The notes below the pieces were generated by a model. The model was not told where the DNA came from, did not search any database, and worked only from the letters and a program-made list of their open reading frames with translations. 64,000 nt of DNA, from the NCBI RefSeq assembly GCF_009914755.1, contig NC_060947.1. One strand, written 5' to 3'. A program made the translations under genes and the position numbers. Positions 17,081-32,764 of this stretch are shown here, piece by piece; the first letter of the stretch is position 1; each line of letters opens with the position of its first letter. This DNA is from the human T2T-CHM13v2.0 reference genome, Homo sapiens.

Positions 17081-17906
17081 CTAAAAATGGAAAATATTAA
17101 TCATCAAATTGAATTTTTTATATTGCTATAAAGACTTGAAGGACACAATAATCTTCTCCCATTTATTTTACACAAAGGGAAAATAGATAAACCTTTTAAA
17201 TAATTAATCAGGAAAATATATTAAGGCAGATGAAGACATAGAACACCTGACAGTAAGGTGAATATAGAATTTTTCATGAAACTGGGAGACTTTCTGAGTG
17301 AAAGGGGCATGATCAATATTTATATAGGGACTGTTTAACCTGGACTTTGCTGAAAATACTGGATCTTATGGCCATTCACGCTAATTGTGACTGAGAAGAT
17401 GGAAACTAGGCCAGACATCTAATGCCAACTTCAGAATTAACCCCCTTTTTGACCTTGGTCAACTTGTTTAAACCTTTGTCCTTTAATCATGGCATTGGTC
17501 AGAATATTCTCCGCTGAAATTTTATAAAGACTCCATGAATGGCAAGTCATAAATCATAAACCTCAAAGCCAATAAAGCTGTCCTGCAAGGATTGAGAGCT
17601 GGAATGCAGACTTCCAGGGTTGAGATGTATGCTTTCAAGAGCCTGGTTGCACCTGCTTCTAAAGTGCCACTCAATTAATTTATGAGGTTCTCTCTTCTCT
17701 TTCATTTACTTTTCCAGTTGTGACTTAAAATAAGTTTCAGCTAGCCACATATACTCTATGTTATTTCACTGAAAAGATGTGAACTGCAAATTACATCAGT
17801 GATTGAGACACATTTGGCAATATCTTTCTTCCTCATGCTTCAGTCAACTAGACTTACTGTGTGATGAGAATCCCAGAGGCCCAGGGCGACAGCCCCTGAA
17901 ATTTTC

Positions 17907-19221
<1,315 letters not shown>

Positions 19222-19755
19222 TCACTAAGTCAAATACCATGAAATTGTTTCATCGAGCTGACACTTGACATTGGATGAAAGGGGGTTGGCATTACCTCCT
19301 CAAAGTTGATGTTCTTAGGCTCACGTGGGACAACAATGCTTTATTTCTACCATGTTTAGAAGTTTTAAGGCAACATAAGATAATAACCACAAAACAGCAA
19401 TGCCATTTGAGAAGGAGGGGCTGCAAGTTTTTGCAGGCATTTAAAACTACGTTTGTCAAAAACAAAAAGCGAAAAGATAGAAAATATGTCTCTTGCAAGG
19501 GAAACAATGTATACTGGCTACCTGTAGAATGTCCCCAGAGTCACTGGATTGAAATAATTAGTTGCAAAGAAAGAATAAATTTAGGTAAAATAATGATAAT
19601 CTGATATTAAGGACATTGTGTTTCCTACTATAGAAAAACAGCCTTTCCAAGCGAATTCATTGGGAGTCATAATCTGTTGCAAAATTACAAGTTAGAACAA
19701 GGACTAAAAATATAGCATAAAATCAGAAACTAAAATACTATTTATAACATGAATT

Positions 19756-20092
19756 ATTTTTTATTTACTTTTAAAAAATTATGGATACATAATAGTTGTA
19801 CATATTTATGGGGTACCTGTACCCCATAAATTGTTACATGTATAACCATACATGTAATAGTTTTGATACAAGCATATAATGTATAACAATCAGATCAGAG
19901 TAATTGGGATAGCCATCATCTCAAGAATTTGTGTTAGGAATATCCAATTCCATTCTTTTAGTTATTTTGAAATATACAGTAAGTTATTGTTAACTATTAG
20001 CACCCTATTGTGCTACTGAACACTAGATCTTATTCCTTCTATGTAACTGTATTTTTGTACCCATTAACCATCCTGTCTTTAATCCCCCTCAT
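19756..20092 (-). mobile_element. L1MA 3'-end fragment with TSD
   Basis: 'catatttatggggtac...caatcagatcagagtaattggg...gatcttattccttcta'; TSD aacatgaatt(a/c)ttt at 19746-19759 and 20097-20110. Confidence 0.85.
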
Positions 20093-21809
20093 CTAGAACA
20101 TGAATTCTTTGTTGATAAATTTTTGTTTTATAAAATCATCATTATCTTACTGCTAAGTTAATATATTCAAAGTATGAAACATTTTTCACTGAGTCTATAC
20201 CTTCTAGATTTCAAATACAAAAATGTAACGACATTAGTTAATTTTAAAATATATATTGTATTTTATATAAACATATATATTTTTAAGTTTTTAAAAATCC
20301 ACGTCTGTTTCTAAATCTGAACACATACACTCATACACCATACACAGTCTTCTTCCTACCTTTTGAGAGTCACTACCTTCTGAAAAGAACCTTTCCTAAT
20401 GTAAATTTTCATAAGTAAAGAACAAAATCACCATTAATATCAAATGGCAAAGTTTTTATACATTTCCGATGCCCAAATTAAACCTATTTATGCTAAAGCA
20501 ACACCAAGTCACACTAAAATGAACCCAATAATGTCAATATTTATCATAAGTTGTTATAACACAACATAACAAGGAAATAGCCCTTTAATTCATCACTAAC
20601 ATGGTTACCTATCTGCATATGTTCCGTTCTTTCCTAGCAGTTATGTATCATGCATATCATGCACGTAAGCCTGTGACCATAACATGTGCATTTGACCATC
20701 AATGTTTAAGTAATTGTACTTTTAGTTAAAAAATAAAACAAATGAAACTATCATTGATAACAATGCAAATGCACTAAGATCATCACTATTCCAAACCAGC
20801 AAACCAGGAGTTCTCTTGGAGGAAGAGATGGCAAGAAGCACCAACTGCTTCGTGCCTGTTCCATAAAACATTGGCCATCTATTTTCTTTGGGCCAACCAA
20901 TGAGCATTCAAATGCCCTTCCATCTGTCCTCTACCAAGTCCAGTCATCAGGACTGGGTCATTCTTCTCTAGTGTTCTTTAAAGACAGCCAAGCGGACACA
21001 GGGGTGCTATCTGCAGAGTTCGGTGAGGACCTGATCAAAGATAAGGTGACTTATGAAGCTGTCCCATATTAAGAGGTGTCTAGATAAGACAACAGAGTAG
21101 AGGAACAAAAATATACCATTTTAGTTAGAGCAAAAGTATCTTTATCTGTGTTTGTGTTAAACACATATGCATCCATGTGTGCCGTGATGCATCTAATCAC
21201 AGTTGGCAAAGTGTTGCTTAGTAGTTTGCTGAGCTAAGAGACTTGGTGTCACTGGGAGATAGTGAAGCCAACAAAAAGAGTGTAATGCTTCCTTTGATAA
21301 AGATAATTCATCTCATCCCAGTGAGTCTCTCCTTTTGCTTGGGATGCCCAAACTCTCCAAGGAAGGAGTGGAAAGCAGAGAAAAGATGAGGGAGACAGGA
21401 AACCAGAACAGGGGAGACACAGCAACCTGAGACAAAAAGTTAAAATCTATCGAGGATGGGAATTAGAGAGTTGCAGGTATTGGCGGGGCCTCAGATACTT
21501 CCCACTCTAACCATCGTTCCCACTCCGAAGGAAGCAGGAAAAAGAGCACAGGGGCATCAACCAGACCTGCCTATAAACTCCTCCCATCCATCCTCAGGGC
21601 CACCATTTTCACCCAGGCTCTGTCTAGAGCCCAGGTGGCCTGCTCAACTCCGCTCACTTTGTACATGGGTCTCTGCATCCTCTCTGAAAAAAGTCAGGTG
21701 CTGGTCTGTTGAATGTGGCTATAGAAGGTAATGACGAAGTATTCATGGAGATGACCAGACAAGTGGAGCCTTCTTAAGAGGAGATGCCTTAGGACTGGGA
21801 TCCCGTAAT

Positions 21810-22029
21810 CTGTGGTTTTCAGCCAGGGGCAATTCTGATCCCTGGGCAACCTTGAGCAATGTCTGGAGACATTTCTAGTTGTCACTACTCAGGGTAAGGG
21901 AGGATGCTACTGACTTCTAGTGAATAGAGGCCAGGGATACTGTTAACATCCTAAAATGAACAGGGCAGCCGCCACAGCCAAGAATTATGTGCCTCCAAAT
22001 GTCACTAGTACTGTGGCTGAGAAACCCTG
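21810..22029 (+). mobile_element. MER20
   Basis: 'gcaatgtctggagacattt...tagaggccagggatactg...gctgagaaaccctg'. Confidence 0.85.
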
Positions 22030-22214
22030 GACTAAAAGAAGCCAACCCTAAAGGTCAGCTTGGTGATGCAGGAGCAGCCAGATTACATGGCTAAGAGGGA
22101 CACAGTTGGACAGAGTCAGACGCAGGACATCTCTGGGCTTCAGAAGGACTTCTAACTCAAGTTGATGAACAAATGAGAAGTCAGAATTGTGTTGCCGAAA
22201 CGTCGGAAGTTTCA

Positions 22215-22385
22215 AAGTCAGAATCAAGATTCCAGCAATTACTTGATGTTTCCCAGTCTTAATTTTTTCATCTGTAAGACTGGGATCCTAACATTGCTCC
22301 ATAGGAATTTGCTAAGACTAAAGAAGATATTGAACATGAAGAACTTCTCACCAGTGATTGGCAAGTAATAGGCACTTCACAAAGA
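22215..22385 (+). mobile_element. MIR fragment
   Basis: 'tttttcatctgtaagactggg...gtaataggcacttca'. Confidence 0.5.
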
Positions 22386-23168
22386 GCACTTCTCTTCCAT
22401 TTTCTTGCTCTAGGTAACCTCTGGAATGAACATTACAGAGATAGAGCAAGGAAGTGGATGGTTAGATCTTTTCCCCACAGCCCGACTTTTTCAGAGCTCC
22501 TTGATCTTCCTTCCTTTTGTAATTTTTTCTTTCTATCCCACCTCCTTCTAAGAACTGAAATTTCCCATCCATCAGTGATCACATACTCAGGCAAGGGCTT
22601 GAGGTGTAACTTTTTTCACCTTGTGACTCATGAAGATACAGTAGGGTGATCTCACCAGGAACCTATGCACATAAGAGACTAAAGAGCCTCATAGAAAATA
22701 ACTTATCCTGGAAGAATAAAAAGTCAACAGGAAAAGAGTGTTTCAAGGACAACAGGTAACCTTTGAAAGAAAGGGGTCATTCTAAGCACAGCATAAGCCT
22801 CATCATGAATTCACCCTGAATCTCTGGACAAGGAAACATTAAAAAATACCTATTAAGAACCAAAATTGTTTCTGCAAAATTTCTAAGGGCCACTGAAAGC
22901 ACAAATATTATTGGATTTATAACTATGAGGGAGAAGCTGGCATTGGTGGAGACTTTGCTTATGAGGGCTGCCCACTTTATTCTGACAACAAAGTTGGTGA
23001 TATGGTGGCCTCTATCCACCTCTATTCACCTTGACAGAACGCATTGGTTGCAACTGTAGCAGCAATGCTGTTGAGAGACATCTGCAGTGGAAGTATTCCC
23101 TTCCATTGCAGATGGAAGTAATCAAATTTCTCCCCACAGAGACTCACAGGAGGGGAAGAAAGAGGTGG

Positions 23169-23566
23169 TATATTAGTCCGTTTTCACACTGCTGTAAAGA
23201 ACTACCTGAGACTAGATAATTTATGAAGAAAAGAGGTTTAATTGACTCACAGTTCCACAGGCTGTACAGGAGGCACAGCTGGGGAGGCCTCAGAAAAATT
23301 ACAATCATGGTGAAAGGGCAAAGGGGAAGCAAGCAGGTCTTCACATGGCAGCAGGAAAGAGAGAGAGTAAAAGGGGAGATGCTACGCACTTTCAAACAAC
23401 CAAATCTCGTGAGAACTCTATCATGAGACAAAACTAGGGGGGACGGTGCTAAGCCATTAGAAACCACCCCCGTGATCCAATTAACTTCCACCAGGCCCCA
23501 CTTCCAACATCAGGAATTACAATTCAACATGAGATTTGAGTGGGGACACAGAACCAAACCATATCA
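23169..23566 (-). mobile_element. MSTA-like MaLR solo LTR
   Basis: 'tattagtccgttttcacactgct...aagaggtttaattgactcacagttcc...gaaccaaaccatatca'; perfect 5-bp TSD ggtgg at 23164-23168 and 23567-23571. Confidence 0.93.
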
Positions 23567-24976
23567 GGTGGTGTGCATTCCCACAGCATGGGGAGGACAC
23601 ATAGAGTACCATGGGCACATTCCCTGGATATCCCCAAGACTATGGAGGGACAACTTGAGCAGTGGAGGCAGAGCAGCCAGAGAAACACTTTTGGGGGTTG
23701 CCACTTGGCATTCTTTTCTTACTCAAACAGTTATGGCACAAGTTACAGTATAAGAGTAAACCATTATTCTCTCAGAACACCCAGTGGGTCTGCTTTCCTG
23801 TTGCTAAAAATCCTAACACCAGGTTTCAGCAGTAACAATAAGATGTTCACTGTGTCCCTGGGGCCATGCAAATACTGCAGAGCCTTAACTTTAGCTCACA
23901 AACCTTTGACAGGCCAGATCCACTATAGCACGTGATGGTGTTATGGGTAGGGGGAGGGAAATTACTGCTCTTACAACTTAGCTGATCCTCAATTGATGCT
24001 TCTAAGTTGCTGTTTCCTCACTTCCCCCACTAAAATTAATACATTAAGTCCAGATCTTTCTGCTTAGGGTAAGGAAAAGTAAAGCTAAGGCTGCTCGACT
24101 TGCCTTACGGTATGCTGTGAGACAAACAAGAGTCCAGGGTCCCTTGCTCACCTTGACCGTCACTGCCTGGCCCTTGGAATCTATACAGTGTAAATAAAGA
24201 TCTGAGGGAAAAAAATCCTGGCTCTCTGTGATATTTTAGAGGAATGCAAAAAATTAGACCTAAGGCATTTGCATTGAAACTCTTACATTCCATTATACAT
24301 ATCTGAAGCTCTTTTGCTGGTTCTTTATGTCTTTGTGGACAGGATGTTAATCTTAAATCAAGATTGTAAAATTAAACAATTTTAAATATATGCATGTTTA
24401 ACTAAAAGATTTTAGAGATTAAGAATCATTTGTAAAATTAGATTTTACACGTTTGATTTAAGAACATGTATTGAATGTTAGCCGTCAAGTCCCCAAATCC
24501 ATTCATTTGTAGATACTAAAGGATCCCAAGAGGTGAGTTGATTCTAGCCCAAGCCCAATTAATCCTGACTCTAAACATTATATGTGTATTTTTATTGAGT
24601 GCTTCCTATATGTTGGGGTACTGGGCAAAAAGCTGTTTGAGCACTGTATCTAATATGTCTGCAATATTTCCCTCTTCACTGTGGGGAAGAAATGTTTCAC
24701 TCTTCTCTTAATTTTCATATATATGTGTGTATATATATATATGCATCTGTACCACACTTCCCTCTTAATTCTCTTATATGTGAATAAATACATATATTTA
24801 TATGTGTATATATGTGTGAATACACACACATGCATTTATATATACATAAAGATAAATGGCACCTAAAGTATGGCGTCAGTGTTCACTCCAGCTCATTGAT
24901 TCCCGTCGGTTTGTAGGGCCAATGTCAAGTTTTTCACGAAAACAAAAAATTTCTGAACTTTTAATTTAAATATCCT

Positions 24977-25382
24977 TGTTATGGTCTGAATTATGTCTCC
25001 CCTAAATTCATATGTTGAAATCCTAACCCCAGTATCTTAGAATATGACTGTATTTGGAGATAGGGCCTTTAAAGAGGTAATTAAGGTAAAATGAGGCTGG
25101 TAGGGAGGGCTCTATTCCAATCTGACTGGTGTCCTTATAAGAGAATTTTTGGGACACAAAGAGACACACCAAGGATGTATGCATACAGACAAAAGACCAT
25201 GTGAGGACACAGCGAGTAGGTGGCCATCTGCAAGCCAAAGACAGAGGAATCAGAAGAAACCAACCCTGCCGACACCTTGATTTCACACCTCTGGCCCCCA
25301 GAACTGTGAGAAAATAAATTTCTGTTGTTTGAGCTACCCAGTCTGTGGCATTTTGGTATGGTAGTTCTAGAAAATGAATACG
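24977..25382 (+). mobile_element. MLT1B-like MaLR solo LTR
   Basis: 'tgttatggtctgaattatgtctcccctaaattcatatgttgaaatcctaacccc...gaactgtgagaaaataaatttctgttgttt'. Confidence 0.9.
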
Positions 25383-25469
25383 CTCTCGTTTTTGAAAATT
25401 CAGGTTTTTAACAGCACTGTGTAGGTCAAACAAAAACATAACTAAAATGAAGAATGAACTCTCATACAT

Positions 25470-25795
25470 AATGGGAGTGTGCATAAATTGCTTCAATCTC
25501 TATGGAGGGTAACTTGGAAATATCTATCAAAATTAAAAATGATTATTTTTGAGTCAGATATTCCATTCCTAAAATATTTATCCTGCAGAAATATTCTTGT
25601 GTGTGAAGTAATGTGTTCAATATTTGTTGCATCATTTCAATACAGCAAACCACATACATGCCCACTGATATGGGACTAGTAAGTAAATTATAGCACACCT
25701 ATACAATAGAATTATGTGCAGTTATTTTTTAAATGAGGTAGCTCTATATAGAATGATTTTACAGATAGAGTGCCAAGTTAAAAAGTATCAGAACT
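25470..25795 (+). mobile_element. Ancient L1ME fragment
   Basis: Decayed ORF2-end/3' UTR-like 'ggagggtaacttggaaatatctatcaaaatt...tacaatagaattatgtgcag'. Confidence 0.55.
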
Positions 25796-25820
25796 GTGTG
25801 TGTGTGTGTGTGTGTGTGTG
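25795..25820. repeat. (TG)13 microsatellite
   Basis: Direct reading. Confidence 0.97.
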
Positions 25821-27137
25821 TATAACCATTTGTGTGAAACAATGTGTAATGTGTTTCAAAATGGCCCCTCAAAGTGGGATGTGAAATAGAAAAAAATATA
25901 TCTGATGCTGAAGTCAGGGTTTTTTACCATGACCTTAAGGCATTTATTAGGGATACCACACCTATACCCAACCAAGATCTCTCAGCCCATTTCCAGATGG
26001 GCACTCAAATTTCTTAGTGCAGTTGGAGCCCTGCCCTACACAGCTAAGAGAAGCTGTGATCATCAGACTTCATGACTTCTTTTTCCCTGGGCAGGCTTCT
26101 ACTCTGGCCTTTCCTGGCCCCTCCCTGCTTTGCCACTAAACACCGCCTGAGATATGGACAGCCTACCCAGAATGAACTCTCCCTTTGTGATGTCTCCTTG
26201 GGTGTCAACAAATGGGCTACTACTGTCTCCCTCTTTTGAACAAAGGCTCTCTATGGCCTGGTTAGAGCATTTAGCTTAGGAGGCAAGAGTATTCCACGGA
26301 GCACAACAACCTCATTATTTATATGATCAACTAAATCTTACAAGTGCTGCATACAGTTGCATACTCACAAGCACATTAGCATATAAAGTCTCTGAAGTCT
26401 CCGCGGTGTAGAAAAGTGGTTGCCCTTTTTCATCCCACAGTTGCCCAAGATTATTTAACTAATGAATCTTCTCTCTTTGTTGCACATCTATGCACATCAT
26501 GTAAAACTAGTATTTCCCAGTGTGTAACACACTTGAGAAAATCTCTTCTAAACCAAGCACAGCTTCCATTCTTTTCTCCAGCTTGCTCTTTATAGAAGAG
26601 ACTCAAATTACCTTCCCAAACAAACAAGGCTCCAAGGATTACAGCTAACAACAAGGATAAAACAACAACAACAACAAAAATAAGACTAAATAGGAGAGGG
26701 AGAGAAACCCAATAAAGAGGTAAAATTTAAAATTAAACGTCAAATTTTATAATTTGATGGTTCTATTTATTTCTGATTAAGAAAAGAAACCTGATCATGG
26801 AAAGTTATAAATTAGAAACCAGGAGGCAAGCAGGCAGGAGAATAGACAGGAATGTTGAAGGTCACAGCAGGCAATGGGTCATAAATCAGGAGCCAAGAGA
26901 ACACAAACACCTGAGAGGAGGTCAAGGTCAATGGTTCTACTCTGGACAGCTCATCAGGAACCATTAAAAAGCCATAGGAGTGAGATGGCTATAGAGTCTT
27001 ACCCAAAAGATGATTGAAAGATTACTAATTTAGGTTTGATTGGCCTGAATTCTCAACAGCCAATATGTTTATGCATGTTGTACATCTAATGGAACACCAT
27101 TAAGATGGCTGACACTGTCGATTTATGCATTTATTGA

Positions 27138-27489
<352 letters not shown>

Positions 27490-27769
27490 CAAAATGTTTA
27501 TAACAATATAGAAATACATTATATTTCTAACTCATGCAAAGGTGCCTTATGAGCAAGCAACAATCCTGCCCCAAGGTCTGCCTGGTCTCTGGAAGGCCAT
27601 GGAGGTAATGGCAGGAGGGCAGCTCTTGAAATCAGATGACCTGCATTCTATACCCAGCACCATTGAGCAGTTTTCCTCACCATTTTAGGTTTGAGTGTCC
27701 TCATCAGCAAAATGAAATCTATTTCTAGATGATGTTTCAGTTACATGAATATATTAGATTCTTTCTCAC

Positions 27770-28110
27770 CTCTCATTTTTCACATATGCTATTGCTTCTA
27801 CTTGGAATGCTTGTCCTTCACTCATCCCCAGGCTGGCCCTCCACATTCTTCAAGTCTCTGCATAAATGTCAAATCTTCCAGAATGCTTTCTCTTCTACCT
27901 TGGTTAGATCCCCTACTCAAGGCTTCCATCAGCCATCCTCCACCCACCATCAATTCACATCAAATATTATCATAATTATTTATTTCACTGTTTGTCTTTC
28001 CCACTAGACTTTAAATACCCATGGACAGAAAACATCTCTCTCTCTCATTCAGGGCTGTGTCTCCACTACCAAGCACACAGTAGAAACTCAATAAAAATTT
28101 GTTACATGAA
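27770..28110 (+). mobile_element. L2 3' fragment
   Basis: 'tgtctttcccactagactttaaatacccatggacag...gtagaaactcaataaaaatttgtt'. Confidence 0.65.
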
Positions 28111-28149
28111 GACATGAACAATGTTAAAATTTATATGGAAACCATTAAG

Positions 28150-28253
28150 TCTTTTTTTAACTTTTAAGTTCGGGGTACATGTGCAGGTTTGTTACACAGG
28201 TAAACTTGTGTCATGGGGGTTTGTTATACAGATTATTTCATCACCGAGGTATT
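28150..28253 (-). mobile_element. L1PA13-15-like 3' tip
   Basis: 'aagttcggggtacatgtgcaggtttgttacacaggtaaacttgtgtcatgggggtttgtt...cagattatttcatcacc'. Confidence 0.8.
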
Positions 28254-28909
28254 CTCATTTTTTAAAAGAATTTTTCTGTATCTAGTATGCCACTTGGTTT
28301 GTCAAAGTTAGCCAAATTCACTTGTCTCCTACTTAAGAAAGTTAATTATTGAAGCCTGATTTCTTATCTCTGCACATTTTTATAAAACTAAAGTGCTATA
28401 TAGGCACAAATATATTCTTATGAAGTTGTGCATGTTGTGAGGACGTGAAAACTAATTTCCACTTTAGTTGTACTCAGCAACTCAAACGGAATGAAGTCGT
28501 TTTATTAACAAACACCCTTCCTCCCAATTTATTTAGTAAATTCAGATTAATTAGGATTATTTCACTTTAAAAGAGTGGACTCTTGGTGTTAAAAGTGGGG
28601 GTGGTGGTGAGGGAAGTTCTGTTATTATCGATATGGAAATATCTTGATCATTTTCTCAGGGAAAGAAATCAAGATAAAGAACACCAAAAGTGTGATTTGC
28701 ATGACCCTATCCCCCAGTCTCCCAGAGGACTTTGTCTTTGGCAGTCATGTTTTGGAAGGCCAAAAATGATCCTCTGATACTAAAAGGGAGTAGAAAGACG
28801 AGACCAACTGGATCTTATTGAGAAAAGGGGCAGCATTTGAGGGAGGTGGCATATACCCCTACAGGAGGAAGAATTTACTCCCTGGGAGGTAAGATTCTTA
28901 GCACCTGCA

Positions 28910-29150
28910 GATGTTTAACAGCACAGACTGTGAAGCTGGACTGCCTGGGTTCAAATCCGAGCTCTACCCTATTATCTGGGGAACTTTATATGTTACTTAA
29001 TGGTGTGGTGTCAAGCTCACTCATCTGTAAAAATAGGGATAGTTATGGCAACTACATTACAGGGTTGTCATACAGGTAAAATGAATTAATGCATTCAGGA
29101 GATTAGAAAAATGACTACCATAATAAGTTCTTAATACTCATATATGTCAA
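28910..29150 (+). mobile_element. MIR
   Basis: 'gactgcctgggttcaaatcc...ctcatctgtaaaaataggg'. Confidence 0.75.
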
Positions 29151-29239
29151 GTTGGACTTTTATTATGTTTAGCTCTATATTCGTGGGCAGGGACTGAGAG
29201 AGAATTGCTTTTGTAAGATACAGAGTACACTCCAGCCTA

Positions 29240-29295
29240 GCCTGAGGAAATTGGCAAAAACTGAAATGGCCTGAGGAAATTGGCAAAAACTGAAA
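29240..29295. repeat. Perfect 27-bp direct duplication with a 2-bp spacer
   Basis: gcctgaggaaattggcaaaaactgaaa at 29240-29266 and 29269-29295. Confidence 0.97.
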
Positions 29296-29849
29296 ATTCC
29301 TTTGGGTAAGGGAGCCCAAAAGAGCTGAGGTCACTTAGAGGCCAGACTATAATCGCTTGAGATTCTCCAATTCTCTGACTTTGGTGTAGGCAGTGGTAGC
29401 AAGGGAGAAGGCAGAAGGCAGGTGAAGACACCAGTTAATGCAGTAAGGGTGGCAGAACTGGGAAACAAAAGCAGCCAAGAAGCAGAGATGGGAAATGCCT
29501 GGAGAAGACGATCACTAGACTCTCCAGTCAAATGTTTGCTAGGCTTTCCTTTTCAGGTGGCTTCTGAAGAACAGCATAACAAACTGCCTCATGGTATAGG
29601 AGACATCTAGAGCCCAAAGCCTGTATAATTGTTCCTCAGTTTTTTCTCAACAGGGAAAATCCCATTAGATAATTCCAAAGTGTTCCAAGCACCCAGCCTA
29701 TTTAATGGTGCCCCCTGGAGTTGTGTAACACAGAGATGCTGAGCTGAGAGATCATAAATTACGTTTATCCATCTATAAGTGATTTGTTAGCCTATTATTT
29801 CCACCTTATAATTCTGTACCATTTCCTTTCACTGCATAACAGAAACTAA

Positions 29850-30174
<325 letters not shown>

Positions 30175-30229
30175 AATATTTTCATTTAGAGACTACTGAT
30201 TCATCACTAAGTTGTCAGGAGTGGTATGT

Positions 30230-30230
<1 letters not shown>

Positions 30231-30278
<48 letters not shown>
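30231..30278. repeat. (GT)24 microsatellite
   Basis: Direct reading. Confidence 0.97.
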
Positions 30279-30280
<2 letters not shown>

Positions 30281-31152
30281 TAGCCTCTTTTAAGAGGTTA
30301 TTTAGAAGAGGAAGACATAATTATTCACTTCATTTATGAGTTGCTCTATTACAATTTGGTTGTTCCTTTCGCAAAGCATTCGTGACATTGTTAGAACTTG
30401 TCATTAAGTCCTTTGGCGGAGGGCTCTACCTCTAATCTTTGCACAGCACTAGCTTCTTACTGTCCTATTTTCTCACCCATCTCACACACTGCAGCTGAAA
30501 ATTGTGGCTGGGCTTGCATATGTAATTAGAGTTGTGCCTCTTTGCCAGGTTGTTTCTTCCTCCTCTACTAATTGGTCTAGTTTTCCCTTTAAGGCACGTA
30601 GGAATTATCAGTTAAGTCAAATGAAAACAATAGGCTGGGTGATGTCAGTTTTTGAAACTGTTGATTACTTTCCATATTATATCATATGGTCATGAGGATT
30701 ACTCTGCACTTATGGGTAAACTATTCAGCTACTCATTAGCTCAATCCAGACACATCGAGGCTTGTCCTGGTTTAACTAACTTTTAAGCCATGTGACACAG
30801 GAAAAACGAATTCTTCTTCAAGAGTTAAACTGACTATCATGCTAAGACCTTCCTTTCCTGATGGCATTTGTAGTCATTTTTCTCACAAGCCATCAGTTCC
30901 AAGACAAGGATTTGGAAGAAAAAGCAACAAAAATAATAGTGCTTGGATATCTCTTAAGAAGCTAGGGCCATATTTTGCAAATATATTATTGTCCATTTTC
31001 AAGCATCCTAACAAGATGTGATAGACTCAGAAGCTTCCCAGTAGTAGCATAGGCTGTTCCTACTAAATCCAGAGGTTTATGGTTATCCTAGCACAAGGAA
31101 TAGCAGCTTCAGATGTTGGCCATGGGGCAATTGTTACTCTTACTCCCATCTC

Positions 31153-31345
31153 TGGGAGTTCTCGAAAACTGTGGTCCCAGAACCAGCAGCATCAGTATCA
31201 CCTATAAACTTGTTAGATAGGCACATTTTTACGGCTCACTCCAGACACAATGAATCAGAAACTCTGTGGGTGGAAGTCAGCAATCTGAATCTTAACAAAT
31301 TGTCTGGGTGACTCTGATACATCTCTATCACATGGAGCCCCACTG
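31153..31345. mobile_element. MER5A (hAT-Charlie)
   Basis: 'gtggtcccagaaccagcagcatcagtatcacc...gaatcagaaactctg...cccactg'. Confidence 0.8.
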
Positions 31346-32711
31346 CCAACCATAAGGCAAAGTAGATATGGGCCAAGCAGGTCTGTACAGGTTTTGGTGA
31401 AATCCTTAAAGCTCATACTGTTACCATGAGTCTTAGATCACAGAAAACACAGTGTTAGAATCATTGTTACTTCTATGCAGAAAAGGAAGAAGGAAAAAAA
31501 TGCGCCAATTTCCTGGTAAATTTCCCCAACGGTTTTAACAATCTTTACCATATGCAAAATATAATGTTCTCAAAGATTAAATACCACTCTTGAGACTTAA
31601 AGAAAAGAGAATAGAAGACCATACTTGGGAAAAGAAATCTCTCTCCTGCTATGGGAGAAATATAACACTTATTATTAGGTAATTCAAAAATCTGTTGCAT
31701 TGGTTTCTAAGACAAAGAAAACTTCTTAGACAGAGTCGCCAAGATGAATGAGAGTACCTTTCCATAGTGACTTTTTCAGTGTTGACACACAACTTCTAAC
31801 AAGAAATGTTCCTAAAGAGTTTAACCTAATTACTAAAGTTCTTTTTACTCCTGTCATAAAGGAAGGGGAGGGGAGTTCAGAAAAAATTGCCTTGAAATCA
31901 GAGTCCCAGACTCTTACACATTCCTTACATTCATGGCATTCATGAGACCGTCAGGAGACCACCCGTAAAGACAGACAAAAGAAGATGGACTGGCGGCAGC
32001 ACAAATAGTAATTATCAAAGCCATTGCCAAGTGGTTATCCCATGGAAACACATTTCTGTATAGTCAGTAAGTGGCAGTAATGATAACTGAGGGCATGCCA
32101 GCCAATAGAAGACCATGAACAGAACAAGATTCTTCCTGACCTTATCAGCAAGAGAGGGCTTTGAGGGAATGGAGATGCCTGGGCACTGAGGTCACCAGCA
32201 CTCAAGAGGCCACCCCACCATGTCCTCATCCTGTGTGAATCCAATTGCTTACTTGGATTAGCTTTGCCACTTTACAATAGATGCTTAGAGGAAATCAAAA
32301 TAATTTAGCATGCTAAGTGAAATTATACAACCAGGACTAACCAGGTAATTTAATGTAGAGGCACAGCCGCTTTGTTCATTAGCATTGGCCTTGGTCAAAT
32401 TATGGAATCTCTCATTGCTTCAGTGACCTCATGAGTCCAGTGGGAATATTATTGCCAACATACTACTAGAAGACTCTTGAGAGAAATGGATAAAAAGGGT
32501 TGGGTTCTGTTGTATTGTACTGTACAATTTTGCATGTATTTTATTTGTATTTTGATGAACAAATTAGAAATAGCCCATATTCCAAACCATTCTCACTGGA
32601 ATCAAGTGAGGAAATCACTAAACCAGTAGGCAAGTATCATATTTTGCCTAACATTGAATGTTTAAAAAAGACCAGTGAAATGCTTCTATTAACAGCAGAG
32701 TTCTTCATTCA

Positions 32712-32723
32712 GTGTGTGTGTGG

Positions 32724-32761
<38 letters not shown>
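32712..32761. repeat. Interrupted (GT)n microsatellite
   Basis: Direct reading. Confidence 0.97.

Positions 32762-32764
<3 letters not shown>

Noticed and set aside
25023-25496. 157-aa ORF, and the ORFs at 23144-23753
   Set aside because: They lie largely within MLT1B and MSTA LTRs and are incidental frames.
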